Source: Eledone cirrhosa (lineage: Eukaryota). From it: 64,000 bases of DNA. Within the stretch, counting starts at the first letter, position 1, and each line of letters opens with the position of its first letter. Below, piece by piece: positions 1 through 17,499 of this stretch. The DNA lies in contig OZ024743.1 in assembly GCA_964016885.1 (NCBI GenBank), positions 61,938,001-62,002,000 of the forward strand, given 5' to 3'. Position numbers and translations under genes: made by a program. Under the pieces are notes generated by a model, which did not search any database, was not told the DNA's origin, and saw only the letters and a list, made by a program, of their open reading frames with translations.

Positions 1-3000
1 ACATCTAGTCATATATAGACACCACGTCTAGTTATATATAGACACCACATCTAGTCATATATAGACACCACATCTAGTCATATATAGACACCACATCTAG
101 TCATATATAGACACCACATCTAGTCATATATAGACACCACATCTAGTCATATATAGGCACCACGTCTAGTCATATATAGACACCACATCTAGTCATATAT
201 AGACACCACATCTAGTCATATATAGACACCACGTCTAGTTATATATAGACACCACGTCTAGTTATATATAGACACCACATCTAGTATATATAGACACCAC
301 GTCTAGTATATATAGACACCACGTCTAGTATATATAGACACCACGTCTAGTATATATAGGCACCACGTCTAGTCATAAATAGACACCACGTCTAGTATAT
401 ACAGGCACCACGTCTAGTCATATATAGACACCACGTCTTGTATATATAGACACCACGTCTAGTCATATATAGACACCACGTCTAGTCATATATAGACACC
501 ACATCTAGTCATATATAGGCACCACGTCTAGTATATATAGACGCCACATCTAGTATATATAGACACCACGTCTATTATACATAGACACCACATCTAGTAC
601 ATATAGACACCACGTCTAGTATATATAGACACCACATCTAGTCATATATAGATACCACATATAGTCATATATAGGCACAACGTCTAGTCATATATAGGCA
701 CCACGTCTAGTTAAATATAGACACCACATCCAGTCATATATAGACACCACGTCTAGTCATATATAGACACCACGTCTAGTCATATATAGACACCACGTCT
801 AGTCATATATAGACACCACGTCTAGTCATATATAGACACCACATCTAGTCATATATAGGCACCACGTCTAGTATATATAGACGCCACATCTAGTCATATA
901 TAGACACCATGTCTAGTATATATAGACACAACATCTAGTCCTATATAGACACCACGTCTAGTATATATAGACACCACGGCTAGTATATATAGACACCACA
1001 TCTAGTCATATATAGGCACCAGGTCTAGTATATATAGACACCACATCTAGTATATATAGACACCACATCTAGTATATATAGACACCACGTCTAGTATATA
1101 TAGACACCACATCTAGTCATATATAGACACCACATCTAGTCATATATAGACACCACATCTAGTTATATATAGACACCACATCTAGTTATATATAGACACC
1201 ACATCTAGTATATATAGACACCATCTCCAGTCATATATAGACACCACATCTAGTCATATATAGACACCACATCTAGTCATATATAGACACCACATCTAGT
1301 CATATATAGACACCACATCTAGTTATATATAGACACCACATCTAGTTATATATAGACACCACATCTAGTCATATTTAGACACCACATCTAGTCATATTTA
1401 GACACCACATCTAGTCATATATAGACACCACATCTAGTCATATATAGACACCACATCTAGTTATATATAGACACCACATCTAGTATATATAGACACCACC
1501 TCTAGTCATATATATACACCACATCTAGTCATATATAGACACCACATCTAGTTATATATAGACACCACATCTAGTTATATATAGACACCACATCTAGTCA
1601 TATTTAGACACCACATCTAGTCATATATAGACACCACATCTAGTCATATATAGACACCACATCTAGTATATATAGACACCACGTCTAGTATATATAGACA
1701 CCACATCTACTCATATATAGACACCACGTCTAGTATATATAGACACCACGGCTAGTATATATAGACACCACATCTAGTCATATATAGACACCACGTCTAG
1801 TATATATAGACACCACGTCTAGTTATATATAGACACCACATCTAGTCATATATAGACACCACATCTAGTTATATATAGACACCACATCTAGTATATATAG
1901 ACACCACAGCTAGTATATATAGACACCACATCTAGTATATATAGACACCACAACTAGTATATATAGACACAACATTTAGTCATATATAGACACCACATCT
2001 AGTTATATATAGACACCACGTCTAGTATATATAGACACCACATTTAGTCATATATAGACACAACGTCTAGTCATATATAGACACCACATCTAGTCATATA
2101 TAGACACCACGTCTAGTCATATATAGACACCACGTCTAGTCATATATAGACACCACATCTAGTCATATATAGGCACCACGTCTAGTATATATAGACGCCA
2201 CATCTAGTCATATATAGACACCATGTCTAGTATATATAGACACATCTAGTCCTATATAGACACCACGTCTAGTATATATAGACACCACGGCTAGTATATA
2301 TAGACACCACATCTAGTCATATATAGGCACCAGGTCTAGTATATATAGACACCACATCTAGTATATATAGACACCACATCTAGTATATATAGACACCACG
2401 TCTAGTATATTTAGACACCACATCTAGTCATATATAGACACCACATCTAGTCATATATAGACACCACATCTAGTTATATATAGACACCACATCTAGTATA
2501 TATAGACACCACCTCTAGTCATATATAGACACCACATCTAGTCATATATAGACACCACATCTAGTTATATATAGACACCACATCTAGTTATATATAGACA
2601 CCACATCTAGTCATATTTAGACACCACATCTAGTCATATATAGACACCACATCTAGTCATATATAGACACCACATCTAGTATATATAGACACCACGTCTA
2701 GTATATATAGACACCACATCTAGTATATATAGACACCACAACTAGTATATATAGACACAACATTTAGTCATATATAGACACCACATCTAGTTATATATAG
2801 ACACCACGTCTAGTATATATAGACACCACATTTAGTCATATATAGACACAACGTCTAGTCATATATAGACACCACATCTAGTCATATATAGACACCACGT
2901 CTAGTTATATATAGACACCACATCTAGTCATATATAGACACCACATCTAGTCATATATAGACACCACATCTAGTCATATATAGACACCACATCTAGTCAT

Positions 3001-6000
3001 ATATAGACACCACATCTAGTCATATATAGGCACCACGTCTAGTCATATATAGACACCACATCTAGTCATATATAGACACCACATCTAGTCATATATAGAC
3101 ACCACGTCTAGTTATATATAGACACCACGTCTAGTTATATATAGACACCACATCTAGTATATATAGACACCACGTCTAGTATATATAGACACCACGTCTA
3201 GTATATATAGACACCACGTCTAGTATATATAGGCACCACGTCTAGTCATAAATAGACACCACGTCTAGTATATACAGGCACCACGTCTAGTCATATATAA
3301 ACACCACGTCTTGTATATATAGACACCACGTCTAGTCATATATAGACACCACGTCTAGTCATATATAGACACCACGTCTAGTCATATATAGACACCACGT
3401 CTAGTCATATATAGACACCACGTCTAGTCATATATAGACACCACATCTAGTCATATATAGGCACCACGTCTAGTATATATAGACGCCACATCTAGTATAT
3501 ATAGACACCACGTCTATTATACATAGACACCACATCTAGTATATATAGACACCACGGCTAGTATATATAGACACCACATCTAGTCATATATAGACACCAC
3601 GTCTAGTATATATAGACACCACGTCTAGTTATATATAGACACCACATCTAGTCATATATAGACACCACATCTAGTTATATATAGACACCACATCTAGTAT
3701 ATATAGACACCACAGCTAGTATATATAGACACCACATCTAGTATATATAGACACCACAACTAGTATATATAGACACAACATTTAGTCATATATAGACACC
3801 ACATCTAGTTATATATAGACACCACGTCTAGTATATATAGACACCACATTTAGTCATATATAGACACAACGTCTAGTCATATATAGACACCACATCTAGT
3901 CATATATAGACACCACGTCTAGTCATATATAGACACCACGTCTAGTCATATATAGACACCACATCTAGTCATATATAGGCACCACGTCTAGTATATATAG
4001 ACGCCACATCTAGTCATATATAGACACCATGTCTAGTATATATAGACACAACATCTAGTCCTATATAGACACCACGTCTAGTATATATAGACACCACGGC
4101 TAGTATATATAGACACCACATCTAGTCATATATAGGCACCAGGTCTAGTATATATAGACACCACATCTAGTATATATAGACACCACATCTAGTATATATA
4201 GACACCACGTCTAGTATATTTAGACACCACATCTAGTCATATATAGACACCACATCTAGTCATATATAGACACCACATCTAGTTATATATAGACACCACA
4301 TCTAGTATATATAGACACCACCTCTAGTCATATATAGACACCACATCTAGTCATATATAGACACCACATCTAGTTATATATAGACACCACATCTAGTTAT
4401 ATATAGACACCACATCTAGTCATATTTAGACACCACATCTAGTCATATATAGACACCACATCTAGTATATATAGACACCACGTCTAGTATATATAGACAC
4501 CACATCTAGTATATATAGACACCACAACTAGTATATATAGACACAACATTTAGTCATATATAGACACCACATCTAGTTTATATATACTAGACGTGGTGTC
4601 TATATATGACACCACATTTAGTCATATATAGACACAACGTCTAGTCATATATAGACACCACATCTAGTCATATATAGACACCACGTCTAGTTATATATAG
4701 ACACCACATCTAGTCATATATAGACACCACATCTAGTCATATATAGACACCACATCTAGTCATATATAGACACCACATCTAGTCATATATAGACACCACA
4801 TCTAGTCATATATAGGCACCACGTCTAGTCATATATAGACACCACATCTAGTCATATATAGACACCACATCTAGTCATATATAGACACCACGTCTAGTTA
4901 TATATAGACACCACGTCTAGTTATATATAGACACCACATCTAGTATATATAGACACCACGTCTAGTATATATAGACACCACGTCTAGTATATATAGACAC
5001 CACGTCTAGTATATATAGGCACCACGTCTAGTCATAAATAGACACCACGTCTAGTATATACAGGCACCACGTCTAGTCATATATAAACACCACGTCTTGT
5101 ATATATAGACACCACGTCTAGTCATATATAGACACCACGTCTAGTCATATATAGACACCACGTCTAGTCATATATAGACACCACGTCTAGTCATATATAG
5201 ACACCACATCTAGTCATATATAGGCACCACGTCTAGTATATATAGACGCCACATCTAGTATATATAGACACCACGTCTATTATACATAGACACCACATCT
5301 AGTACATATAGACACCACGTCTAGTATATATAGACACCACATCTAGTCATATATAGATACCACATATAGTCATATATAGACACAACGTCTAGTCATATAT
5401 AGGCACCACGTCTAGTTAAATATAGACACCACATCTAGTCATATATAGACACCACGTCTAGTCATATATAGACACCACGTCTAGTCATATATAGACACCA
5501 CGTCTAGTCATATATAGACACCACATCTAGTTATATATAGGCACCACATCTAGTATATATAGACGCCACATCTAGTAATATATAGACACCATGTCTAGTA
5601 TATATAGACACAACATCTAGTCCTATATAGACACCACGTCTAGTATATATAGACACCACGGCTAGTATATATAGACACCACATCTAGTCATATATAGGCA
5701 CCAGGTCTAGTATATATAGACACCACGTCTAGTATATATAGACACCACATCTAGTCATATTTAGACACCACATCTAGTCATGTATAGACACCACATCTAG
5801 TCATATATAGACACCACATCTAGTTATATATAGACACCACATCTAGTTATATATAGACACCACATCTAGTATATATAGACACCACCTCTAGTCATATATA
5901 GACACCACATCTAGTCATATATAGACACCACATCTAGTTATATATAGACACCACATCTAGTTATATATAGACACCACATCTAGTCATATTTAGACACCAC

Positions 6001-9000
6001 ATCTAGTCATATATAGACACCACATCTAGTCATATATAGACACCACATCTAGTATATATAGACACCACGTCTAGTATATATAGACACCACATCTACTCAT
6101 ATATAGACACCACGTCTAGTATATATAGACACCACGGCTAGTATATATAGACACCACATCTAGTCATATATAGACACCACGTCTAGTATATATAGACACC
6201 ACGTCTAGTTATATATAGACACCACATCTAGTCATATATAGACACCACATCTAGTTATATATAGACACCACATCTAGTATATATAGACACCACAACTAGT
6301 ATATATAGACACCACATCTAGTATATATAGACACCACATCTAGTATATATAGACACAACATTTAGTCATATATAGACACCACATCTAGTTATATATAGAC
6401 ACCACGTCTAGTATATATAGACACCACATTTAGTCATATATAGACACAACGTCTAGTCATATATAGACACCACATCTAGTCATATATAGACACCACGTCT
6501 AGTCATATATAGACACCACATCTAGTCATATATAGACACCACATCTAGTCATATATAGACACCACATCTAGTCATATATAGACACCACATCTAGTCATAT
6601 ATAGACACCACATCTAGTCATATATAGGCACCACGTCTAGTCATATATAGACACCACATCTAGTCATATATAGACACCACGTCTAGTATATATAGACACC
6701 ACGTTTAGTATATATAGACACCACGTCTAGTATATATAGGCACCACGTCTAGTCATAAATAGACACCACGTCTAGTATATACAGGCACCACGTCTAGTCA
6801 TATATAGACACCACGTCTTGTATATATAGACACCACGTCTAGTCATATATAGACACCACGTCTAGTCATATATAGACACCACGTCTAGTCATATATAGAC
6901 ACCACGTCTAGTCATATATAGACACCACGTCTAGTATATATAGACGCCACATCTAGTATATATAGACACCACGTCTATTATACATAGACACCACATCTAG
7001 TACATATAGACACCACGTCTAGTATATATAGACACCACATCTAGTCATATATAGATACCACATATAGTCATATATAGACACAACGTCTAGTCATATATAG
7101 GCACCACGTCTAGTTAAATATAGACACCACATCCAGTCATATATAGACACCACGTCTAGTCATATATAGACACCACGTGTAGTCATATATAGACACCACG
7201 TCTAGTCATATATAGACACCACGTCTAGTCATATATAGACACCACATCTAGTCATATATAGGCACCACGTCTAGTATATATAGACGCCACATCTAGTCAT
7301 ATATAGACACCATGTCTAGTATATATAGACACAACATCTAGTCCTATATAGACACCACGTCTAGTATATATAGACACCACGGCTAGTATATATAGACACC
7401 ACATCTAGTCATATATAGGCACCAGGTCTAGTATATATAGACACCGCATCTAGTATATATAGACACCACATCTAGTATATATAGACACCACGTCTAGTAT
7501 ATATAGACACCACATCTAGTCATATATAGACTGAACATCTAGTTATATATAGACACCACGTCTAGTCATATATAGGCACCACGTCTAGTCATATATAGAC
7601 ACCACGTCTAGTCATATGTAGACACCACGTCTAGTCATATATAGACACCACGTCTAGTTATATATAGACACCACGTCTAGTCATATATACACACCACGTC
7701 TAGTATATATAGACACCACATCTAGTCATATATAGACACCACATCTAGTCATATATAGACACCACATCTAGTATATATAGACACCACATCTAGTATATAT
7801 AGACACCACGTCTAGTATATATAGACACCACGTCTAGTATATATAGACACCACGTCTAGTATATATAGACACCACGTCTAGTATATATAGACACCACGTC
7901 TAGTATATATAGACACCACGTCTAGTATATATAGACACCACATCTAGTCATATATAGACACCACATCTAGTATATATAGACACCACATCTAGTATATATA
8001 GGCACCAGGTCTAGTTATATATAGACATCACATCTAGTCATATATAGACACCACGTCTAGTCATATATAGACACCACATCTAGTCATATACGGACACCAC
8101 ATCTAGTATATATAGACACCACATCTAGTATATATAGACACCACATCTAGTATATATAGACACCACGTCTAGTATATATGTAGTCACCACATCTAGTATA
8201 TATAGACACCACGTCTAGTCATATATAAAAACCACATCTAGTCATATATAGACACCACATCTAGTTATATATAGACACATCTAGTCATATATAGGCACCA
8301 GGTCTAGTTATATATAGACACCATATCTAGTCATATATAGGCACCAGGTCTAGTTATATATAGACATCACATCTAGTATATATAGACACCACATCTAGTA
8401 TATATAGACACCACATCTAGTCACATATAGGCACCACGTCTAGTATATATGTAGTCACCACGTCTCGTCATATATAGACAACACATTTAGTATATATAGA
8501 CACCACATCTAGTATATATAAACACCACGTCTAGTCATATATAGACACCACACCTAGTCATATATAGACACCACATCTAGTCATATAGAGACACCACATC
8601 TAGTCATATAGAGACACCACATCTAGTTATATATAGACACCACATCTAGTTATATATAGACACCACATCTAGTTATATATAGACACCACATCTAGTATAT
8701 ATAGACACCACATCTAGTCATATAGAGACACCACATCTAGTCATATAGAGACACCACGTCTAGTATATAGAGACACCACGTCTAGTATATATAGATACCA
8801 CGTCTAGTATATATAGACACCACATCTAGTATATATAGACACCACGTCTAGTATATATAGACACCACATCTAGTATATATTGACACCACGTCTTGTATAT
8901 ATAGACACCACGTCTAGTCATATATAGACACCACGTCTAGTCATATATAGACACCACATCTAGTCATATATAGACACAAAATCTAGTATATATAGACAGC

Positions 9001-12000
9001 ACATCTAGTCATATATAGACACCACATCTAGTTATATATAGACACCACATCTAGTATATATAGACACCACGTCTAGTATATATAGACACCACATCTAGTC
9101 ATATATAGACACCACATCTAGTTATATATAGACACCACATCTAGTATATATAGACACCACGTCTAGTATATATAGACACCACGTCTAGTATATATAGACA
9201 CCACGTCTAGTCATATATAGATACCATGTCTAGTATTATAGACACCACATCTAGTATATATAGACACCACATCTAGTATATATAGACACCAAATCTATTA
9301 TATATAGACACCACAGCTAGTATATATAGACACCACAGCTAGTATATATAGACACCACGTCTAGTATATATAGACACCACATCTAGTATATATAGACACC
9401 ACATCTAGTATATATAGACACCACATCTAGTATATATAGACACCACGTCTAGTATATATAGACACCACATCTAGTATATATAGACACCACGTCTAGTATA
9501 TATAGACACCACATCTAGTCATATATAGACACCACGTCTAGTCATATATAGACACCACATCTTGTATATATAGACACCACATTTAGTCATATATAGACAC
9601 CACATCTAGTTATATATAGACACCACATCTAGTATATATAGACACCACGTCTAGTATATATAGACACCACATCTAGTATATATAGACACCACATCTAGTA
9701 TATACAGACACCACATTTAGTCATATATAGACACCACATCTAGTTATACATAGACACCACATCTAGTATATATAGACACCACAGCTAGTATATATAGACA
9801 CCACATCTAGTATATATAGACACCACATCTAGTATATATAGGCACCAGGTCTAGTTATATATAGACATCACATCTAGTCATATATAGACACCACGTCTAG
9901 TCATATATAGACACCACATCTAGTCATATACGGACACCACATCTAGTATATATAGACACCACATCTAGTATATATAGACACCACGTCTAGTCACATATAG
10001 GCACCACGACTAGTATATATAGACACCACATCTAGTCATATAGAGACACCACGTCTAGTCATATAGAGACACCACGTCTAGTATATATAGACACCACGTC
10101 TAGTCATATATAGATACCACGTCTAGTATATATTGACACCACATCTAGTATATATAGACACCACGTCTAGTATATATAGACACCACGTCTAGTATATATA
10201 GACACCACATCTAGTATATATAGACACCACGTCTTGTATATATAGACACCATGTCTAGTCATATATAGACACCACGTCTAGTTATATATAGACACCACAT
10301 CTAGTCATATATAGACACCACATCTAGTATATATAGACACCACATCTAGTCATATATAGACACCACATCTAGTTATATATAGACACCACATCTAGTATAT
10401 ATAGACACCACGTCTAGTATATATAGACACCACATCTAGTATATATAGACACCACGTCTAGTCATATATAGATACCATGTCTAGTATATATAGACACCAC
10501 ATCTAGTATATATAGACACCACATCTATTATATATAGACACCAAATCTATTATATATAGACACCACAGCTAGTATATATAGACACCACAGCTAGTATATA
10601 TAGACACCACGTCTAGTATATATAGACACCACATCTAGTATATATAGACACCACATCTAGTATATATAGACACCACATCTAGTATATATAGACACCACGT
10701 CTAGTATATATAGACACCACATCTAGTATATATAGACACCACGTCTAGTATATATAGACACCACATCTAGTCATATATAGACACCACGTCTAGTCATATA
10801 TAGACACCACATCTTGTATATATAGACACCACATTTAGTCATATATAGACACCACATCTAGTTATATATAGACACCACATCTAGTATATATAGACACCAC
10901 GTCTAGTATATATAGACACCACATCTAGTATATATAGACACCACATCTAGTATATACAGACACCACATTTAGTCATATATAGACACCACATCTAGTTATA
11001 CATAGACACCACATCTAGTATATATAGACACCACATCTAGTATATATAGACACCACATCTAGTATATACAGACACCACATTTAGTCATATATAGACACCA
11101 CATCTAGTTATATATAGACACCTCATTTAGTCATATATAGACACCACGTCTAGTCCTATATAGACACCACATCTAGTCATACATAGACACCACGTCTAGT
11201 TATATATAGACACCACATCTAGTTATATATAGACAACACGCCTAGTCATATATAGACACCACGTCTAGTATATATAGACACCACATCTAGTCATATATAG
11301 ACAGCACATCTAGTATATATAGATACCGCGTCTAGTATATATAGACACCACATCTAGTATATATAGACACCACGTCTAGTTATATATATACACCACATCT
11401 AGTCATATATAGACACCACATCTAGTTATATATAGACACCACATCTAGTTATATATAGACATGACATTTAGTATATATAGACACCACATCTAGTCATATA
11501 TAGACACCACGTCTAGTCATATATAGACACCACGTCTAGTATATATAGACACCACATCTAGTATATATAGACACCACATCTAGTATATATAGACACCACA
11601 TCTAGTCATATATAGACACCACGTCTAGTCATATATAGACACCACGTCTAGTATATATAGACACCACATCTAGTATATATAGACACCACATCTAGTCATA
11701 TGTAGACACCACATCTAGTATATATAGACACCACATCTAGTCATATATAGACACCACATCTAGTATATATAGACACCACATCTAGTATATATAGACACCA
11801 CGTCTAGTCATATATAGACACCACGTCTAGTCATATATACACACCACATCTAGTATATATAGACACCACATCTAGTATATATAGACACCACATCTAGTAT
11901 ATATAGACACCACGTCTAGTATATATAGACACCACGTCTAGTATATATAGACACCACGTCTAGTATATATAGACACCACGTCTAGTCATATATAGACACC

Positions 12001-15000
12001 ACATCTAGTATATATAGACACCACGTCTAGTTATATATAGACACCACATCTAGCCATATATAGGCACCAGGTCTAGTTATATATAGACACCACATCTAGT
12101 CATATATAGGCACCAGGTCTAGTTATATATAGACATCACATCTAGTCATATATAGACACCACGTCTAGTCATATGTAGACACCACATCTAGTCATATATA
12201 GACACCACATCTAGTCATATATAGACACCACATCTAGTATATATAGACACCACATCTAGTCATATATAGACACCACATCTAGTATATATAGACACCACAT
12301 CTAGTTATATATAGACACCACATCTAGTTATATATAGACACCACATCTAGTATATATAGACACCACGTCTAGTATATATAGACACCACATCTAGTCATAT
12401 ATAGACACCACATCTAGTTATATATAGACACCACATCTAGTATATATAGACACCACGTCTAGTATATATAGACACCACGTCTAGTCATATATAGATACCA
12501 TGTCTAGTATATATAGACACCACATCTAGTATATATAGACACCAAATCTATTATATCTAGACACCACAGCTAGTATATATAGACACCAAATCTATTATAT
12601 CTAGACACCACAGCTAGTATATATAGACACCACAGCTAGTATATATAGACACCACGTCTAGTATATATAGACACCACATCTAGTATATATAGACTCCACA
12701 TCTAGTATATATAGACACCACATCTAGTATATATAGACACCACGTCTAGTATATATAGACACCACGTCTAGTATATATAGACACCACATCTAGTATATAT
12801 AGACACCACGTCTAGTATATATAGACACCACATCTAGTCATATATAGACACCACGTCTAGTCATATATAGACACCACATCTTGTATATATAGACACCACA
12901 TTTAGTCATATATAGACACCACATCTAGTTATATATAGACACCACATCTAGTATATATAGACACCACGTCTAGTATATATAGACACCACATCTAGTATAT
13001 ATAGACACCACATCTAGTATATACAGACACCACATTTAGTCATATATAGACACCACATCTAGTTATACATAGACACCACATCTAGTATATATAGACACCA
13101 CAGCTAGTATATATAGACACCACATCTAGTATATACAGACACCACATTTAGTCATATATAGACACCACATCTAGTTATATATAGACACCTCATTTAGTCA
13201 TATATAGACACCACGTCTAGTCCTATATAGACACCACATCTAGTCATACATAGACACCACGTCTAGTTATATATAGACACCACATCTAGTTATATATAGA
13301 CAACACGCCTAGTCATATATAGACACCACGTCTAGTATATATAGACACCACATCTAGTCATATATAGACAGCACATCTAGTATATATAGATACCGCGTCT
13401 AGTATATATAGACACCACATCTAGTATATATAGACACCACGTCTAGTTATATATATACACCACATCTAGTCATATATAGACACCACATCTAGTTATATAT
13501 AGACACCACATCTAGTTATATATAGACACGACATTTAGTATATATAGACACCACATCTTGTCATATATAGACACCACGTCTAGTCATATATAGACACCAC
13601 GTCTAGTATATATAGACACCACATCTAGTATATATAGACACCACATCTAGTCATATATAGACACCACGTCTAGTCATATATAGACACCACGTCTAGTATA
13701 TATAGACACCACATCTAGTATATATAGACACCACATCTAGTCATATGTAGACACCACATCTAGTATATATAGACACCACATCTAGTATATATTGACACCA
13801 CGTCTAGTCATATATAGGCACCACATCTATTTATATATAGACACCACATCTAGTCATATATAGACACCACATCTATTTATATATAATCACCACATCTAGT
13901 CATATATAGACACCACATCTAGTTATATATAGACACCACATCTAGTATATATAGACACCACATCTAGTCATATATAGACACCACCTCTAGTTATATATAG
14001 ACACCACATCTAGTATATATAGACACCACATCTAGTATATATAGGCACCACATCTAGTATATATAGACACCACGTCTAGTCATATATAGACACCACGTCT
14101 AGTCATATATACACACCACGTCTAGTATATATAGACACCACATCTAGTCATATATAGACACCACATCTAGTATATATAGACACCACATCTAGTATATATA
14201 GACACCACGTCTAGTCATATATAGACACCACGTCTAGTCATATATACACACCACGTCTAGTATATATAGACACCACATCTAGTCATATATAGACACCACA
14301 TCTAGTATATATAGACACCACATCTAGTATATATAGACACCACATCTAGTATATATAGACACCACGTCTAGTATATATAGACACCACGTCTAGTATATAT
14401 AGACACCACGTCTAGTATATATAGACACCACGTCTAGTCATATATAGACACCACATCTAGTATATATAGACACCACGTCTAGTTATATATAGACACCACA
14501 TCTAGCCATATATAGGCACCAGGTCTAGTTATATATAGACACCACATCTAGTCATATATAGGCACCAGGTCTAGTTATATATAGACATCACATTTAGTCA
14601 TATATAGACACCACGTCTAGTCATATGTAGACACCACATCTAGTCATATATAGACACCACATCTAGTATATATAGACACAACATTTAGTATATATAGACA
14701 CCACGTCTAGTCATATATAGACACCACGTCTAGTCATATATACACAGCACGTCTAGTATATATAGACACCACATCTAGTCATATATAGACACCACATCTA
14801 GTATATATAGACACCACATCTAGTATATATAGACACCACATCTTGTTTTTATAGACACCACGTCTAGTATATATAGACACCACGTCTAGTATATATAGAC
14901 ACCACGACTAGTATATATAGACACCACGTCTAGTATATATAGACACCACGTCTAGTTATGTATAGACACATCTAGTCATATATAGGCACCAGGTCTAGTT

Positions 15001-16278
15001 ATATCTAGACATCACATCTCGTCATATATAGACACCACATCTAGTATATATAGACACCACATCTAGTATATATAGACACCACATCTAGTTACATATAGAT
15101 ACCACATTTAGTCATATATAGACACCACGTCTAGTCCTATATAGACGCCACATCTAGTCATACATAGACACCACGTCTAGTTATATATAGACACCACATC
15201 TAGTTATATATAGACAACACGCCTAGTCATATATAGACACCACGTCTAGTATATATAGACACCACATCTAGTATATATAGACACCACATCTAGTCATATA
15301 TAGACACCACATCCAGTCATATATAGACACCACGTCTAGTATATATAGACACCACATCTAGTATATATAGACACCACATCTAGTCATATATAGACACCAC
15401 ATCTAGTATATATAGACACCACATCTAGTATATATAGACACCACGTCTAGTCATATATAGGCACCACATCTATTTATATACAGACACCACATCTAGTATA
15501 TATAGACACCACATCTAGTATATATAGACACCACATCTAGTATATATAGACACCACATCTAGTATATATAGACACCACATCTAGTCATATATAGACACCA
15601 CATCTAGTCATATATAGACACCACATCTAGTCATATATAGACACCACATCTAGTCATATATAGACACCACATCTAGTAATATATAGACACCACCTCTAGT
15701 TATATATAGACACCACATCTAGTATATATAGACACCACATCTAGTATATATAGACACCACATCTAGTATATATAGACACCACGTCTAGTCATATATAGAC
15801 ACCACGTCTAGTTATATATACACACCCCGTCTAGTATATATAGACACCACATCTAGTCATATATAGACACCACATCTAGTATATATAGATACCACATCTA
15901 GTATATATAGACACCACGTCTAGTATATATAGACACCACGTCTAGTATATATAGACACCACGTCTAGTATATATAGACACCACGTCTAGTATATATAGAC
16001 ACCACGTCTAGTCATATATAGACACCACGTCTAGTTATATATAGACACCACATCTAGTCATATATAGACACCACATCTAGTATATATAGACACCACATCT
16101 AGTATATATAGACACCACATCTAGTCATATATAGACACCACATCTAGTATATATAGACACCACATCTAGTATATATAGACACCACATCTAGTATATATAA
16201 ACACCACGTCTAGTCATAAATAGACACCGCGTCTAGTCATATATAGACACCACATCTAGTATATATAGACACCACATC
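1..16278. repeat. 22/23-bp tandem satellite, consensus GACACCAC(A/G)TCTAGT(C/T/-)ATATATA; runs off the left edge
   Basis: Continuous tandem monomers (~700 by length/22.5); internal hairpin TAGAC-ACCAC-GTCTA; CTAG gives TAG on both strands, so no ORFs. Confidence 0.98.
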
Positions 16279-16431
16279 CATAAGTTTGGTTGGTCACGCT
16301 TGGGGATACAGCCGGATTAGTTGAAAACGGTTGCTTCTGACAGAACCTTCTGGAAGGAGTGTTTAATGACTTTGCCCCTACGATCCTCTCAGGAATGATT
16401 GGGCGAAGAAGAAGAAGAAGAAGAAGAAGAA
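16279..16431 (+). mobile_element. 5'-truncated RTE-like LINE 3' end with (GAA)n tail
   Basis: Translates LGIQPD*LKTVASDRTFWKECLMTLPLRSSQE*, containing the A-x-DR-x-x-W C-terminal motif of RTE-type ORFs, followed by GAA repeats. Confidence 0.6.
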
Positions 16432-16986
16432 TTTAGGACTGTCCAATAGTTTCAACATCGTTTGCTAATGTTACTTAGCTTATACACGTAGTTTCTAGGG
16501 CAATACATTTCTGTAAAAAACAAAACTGTCCTAGAATCGATCCATGCATCTATCTATTACGGCCGAAGCAAGCGTGAGAACCGTTGCCATACCAACTCTT
16601 TGTCATATCTGCACTAGATTTTGGCTAAAAAAGAATTTGTGTACGAAACCGAGACTTTGCAGCTTTGTTTGAACAGCCGTGATTAATAGCGTTTCAACGA
16701 CGACCATCACCCTCTACATAACATCTTTTTTCAGGTAGAGTATATCTCTAACAACACTGTCTTACATGTCCTTCATTGTCGAGAGGATTGCGTTTGGTGT
16801 TCGAGTGCGATTGTGCTGCTACTTCTGGCAAGGTAACCAATCACATAAAGGTTTATCTCGGTTCTTATGACATAGATCTAGGGTTAATCCGCAAAGATTT
16901 TCCTTTATAGAAAACGGAGTATTAAACTTTAAAACGATAATTATTGTTTACCCTATTTTCACGTGTGTACCCTATATACTACGTAT

Positions 16987-17457
<471 letters not shown>

Positions 17458-17499
17458 TCTGGCCTTTCACCACCATACATTATTACATTATTTTTTGTG

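Noticed and set aside
1-16278. CRISPR-like array
   Set aside because: No unique spacers and no cas genes; contiguous monomers in a eukaryotic context
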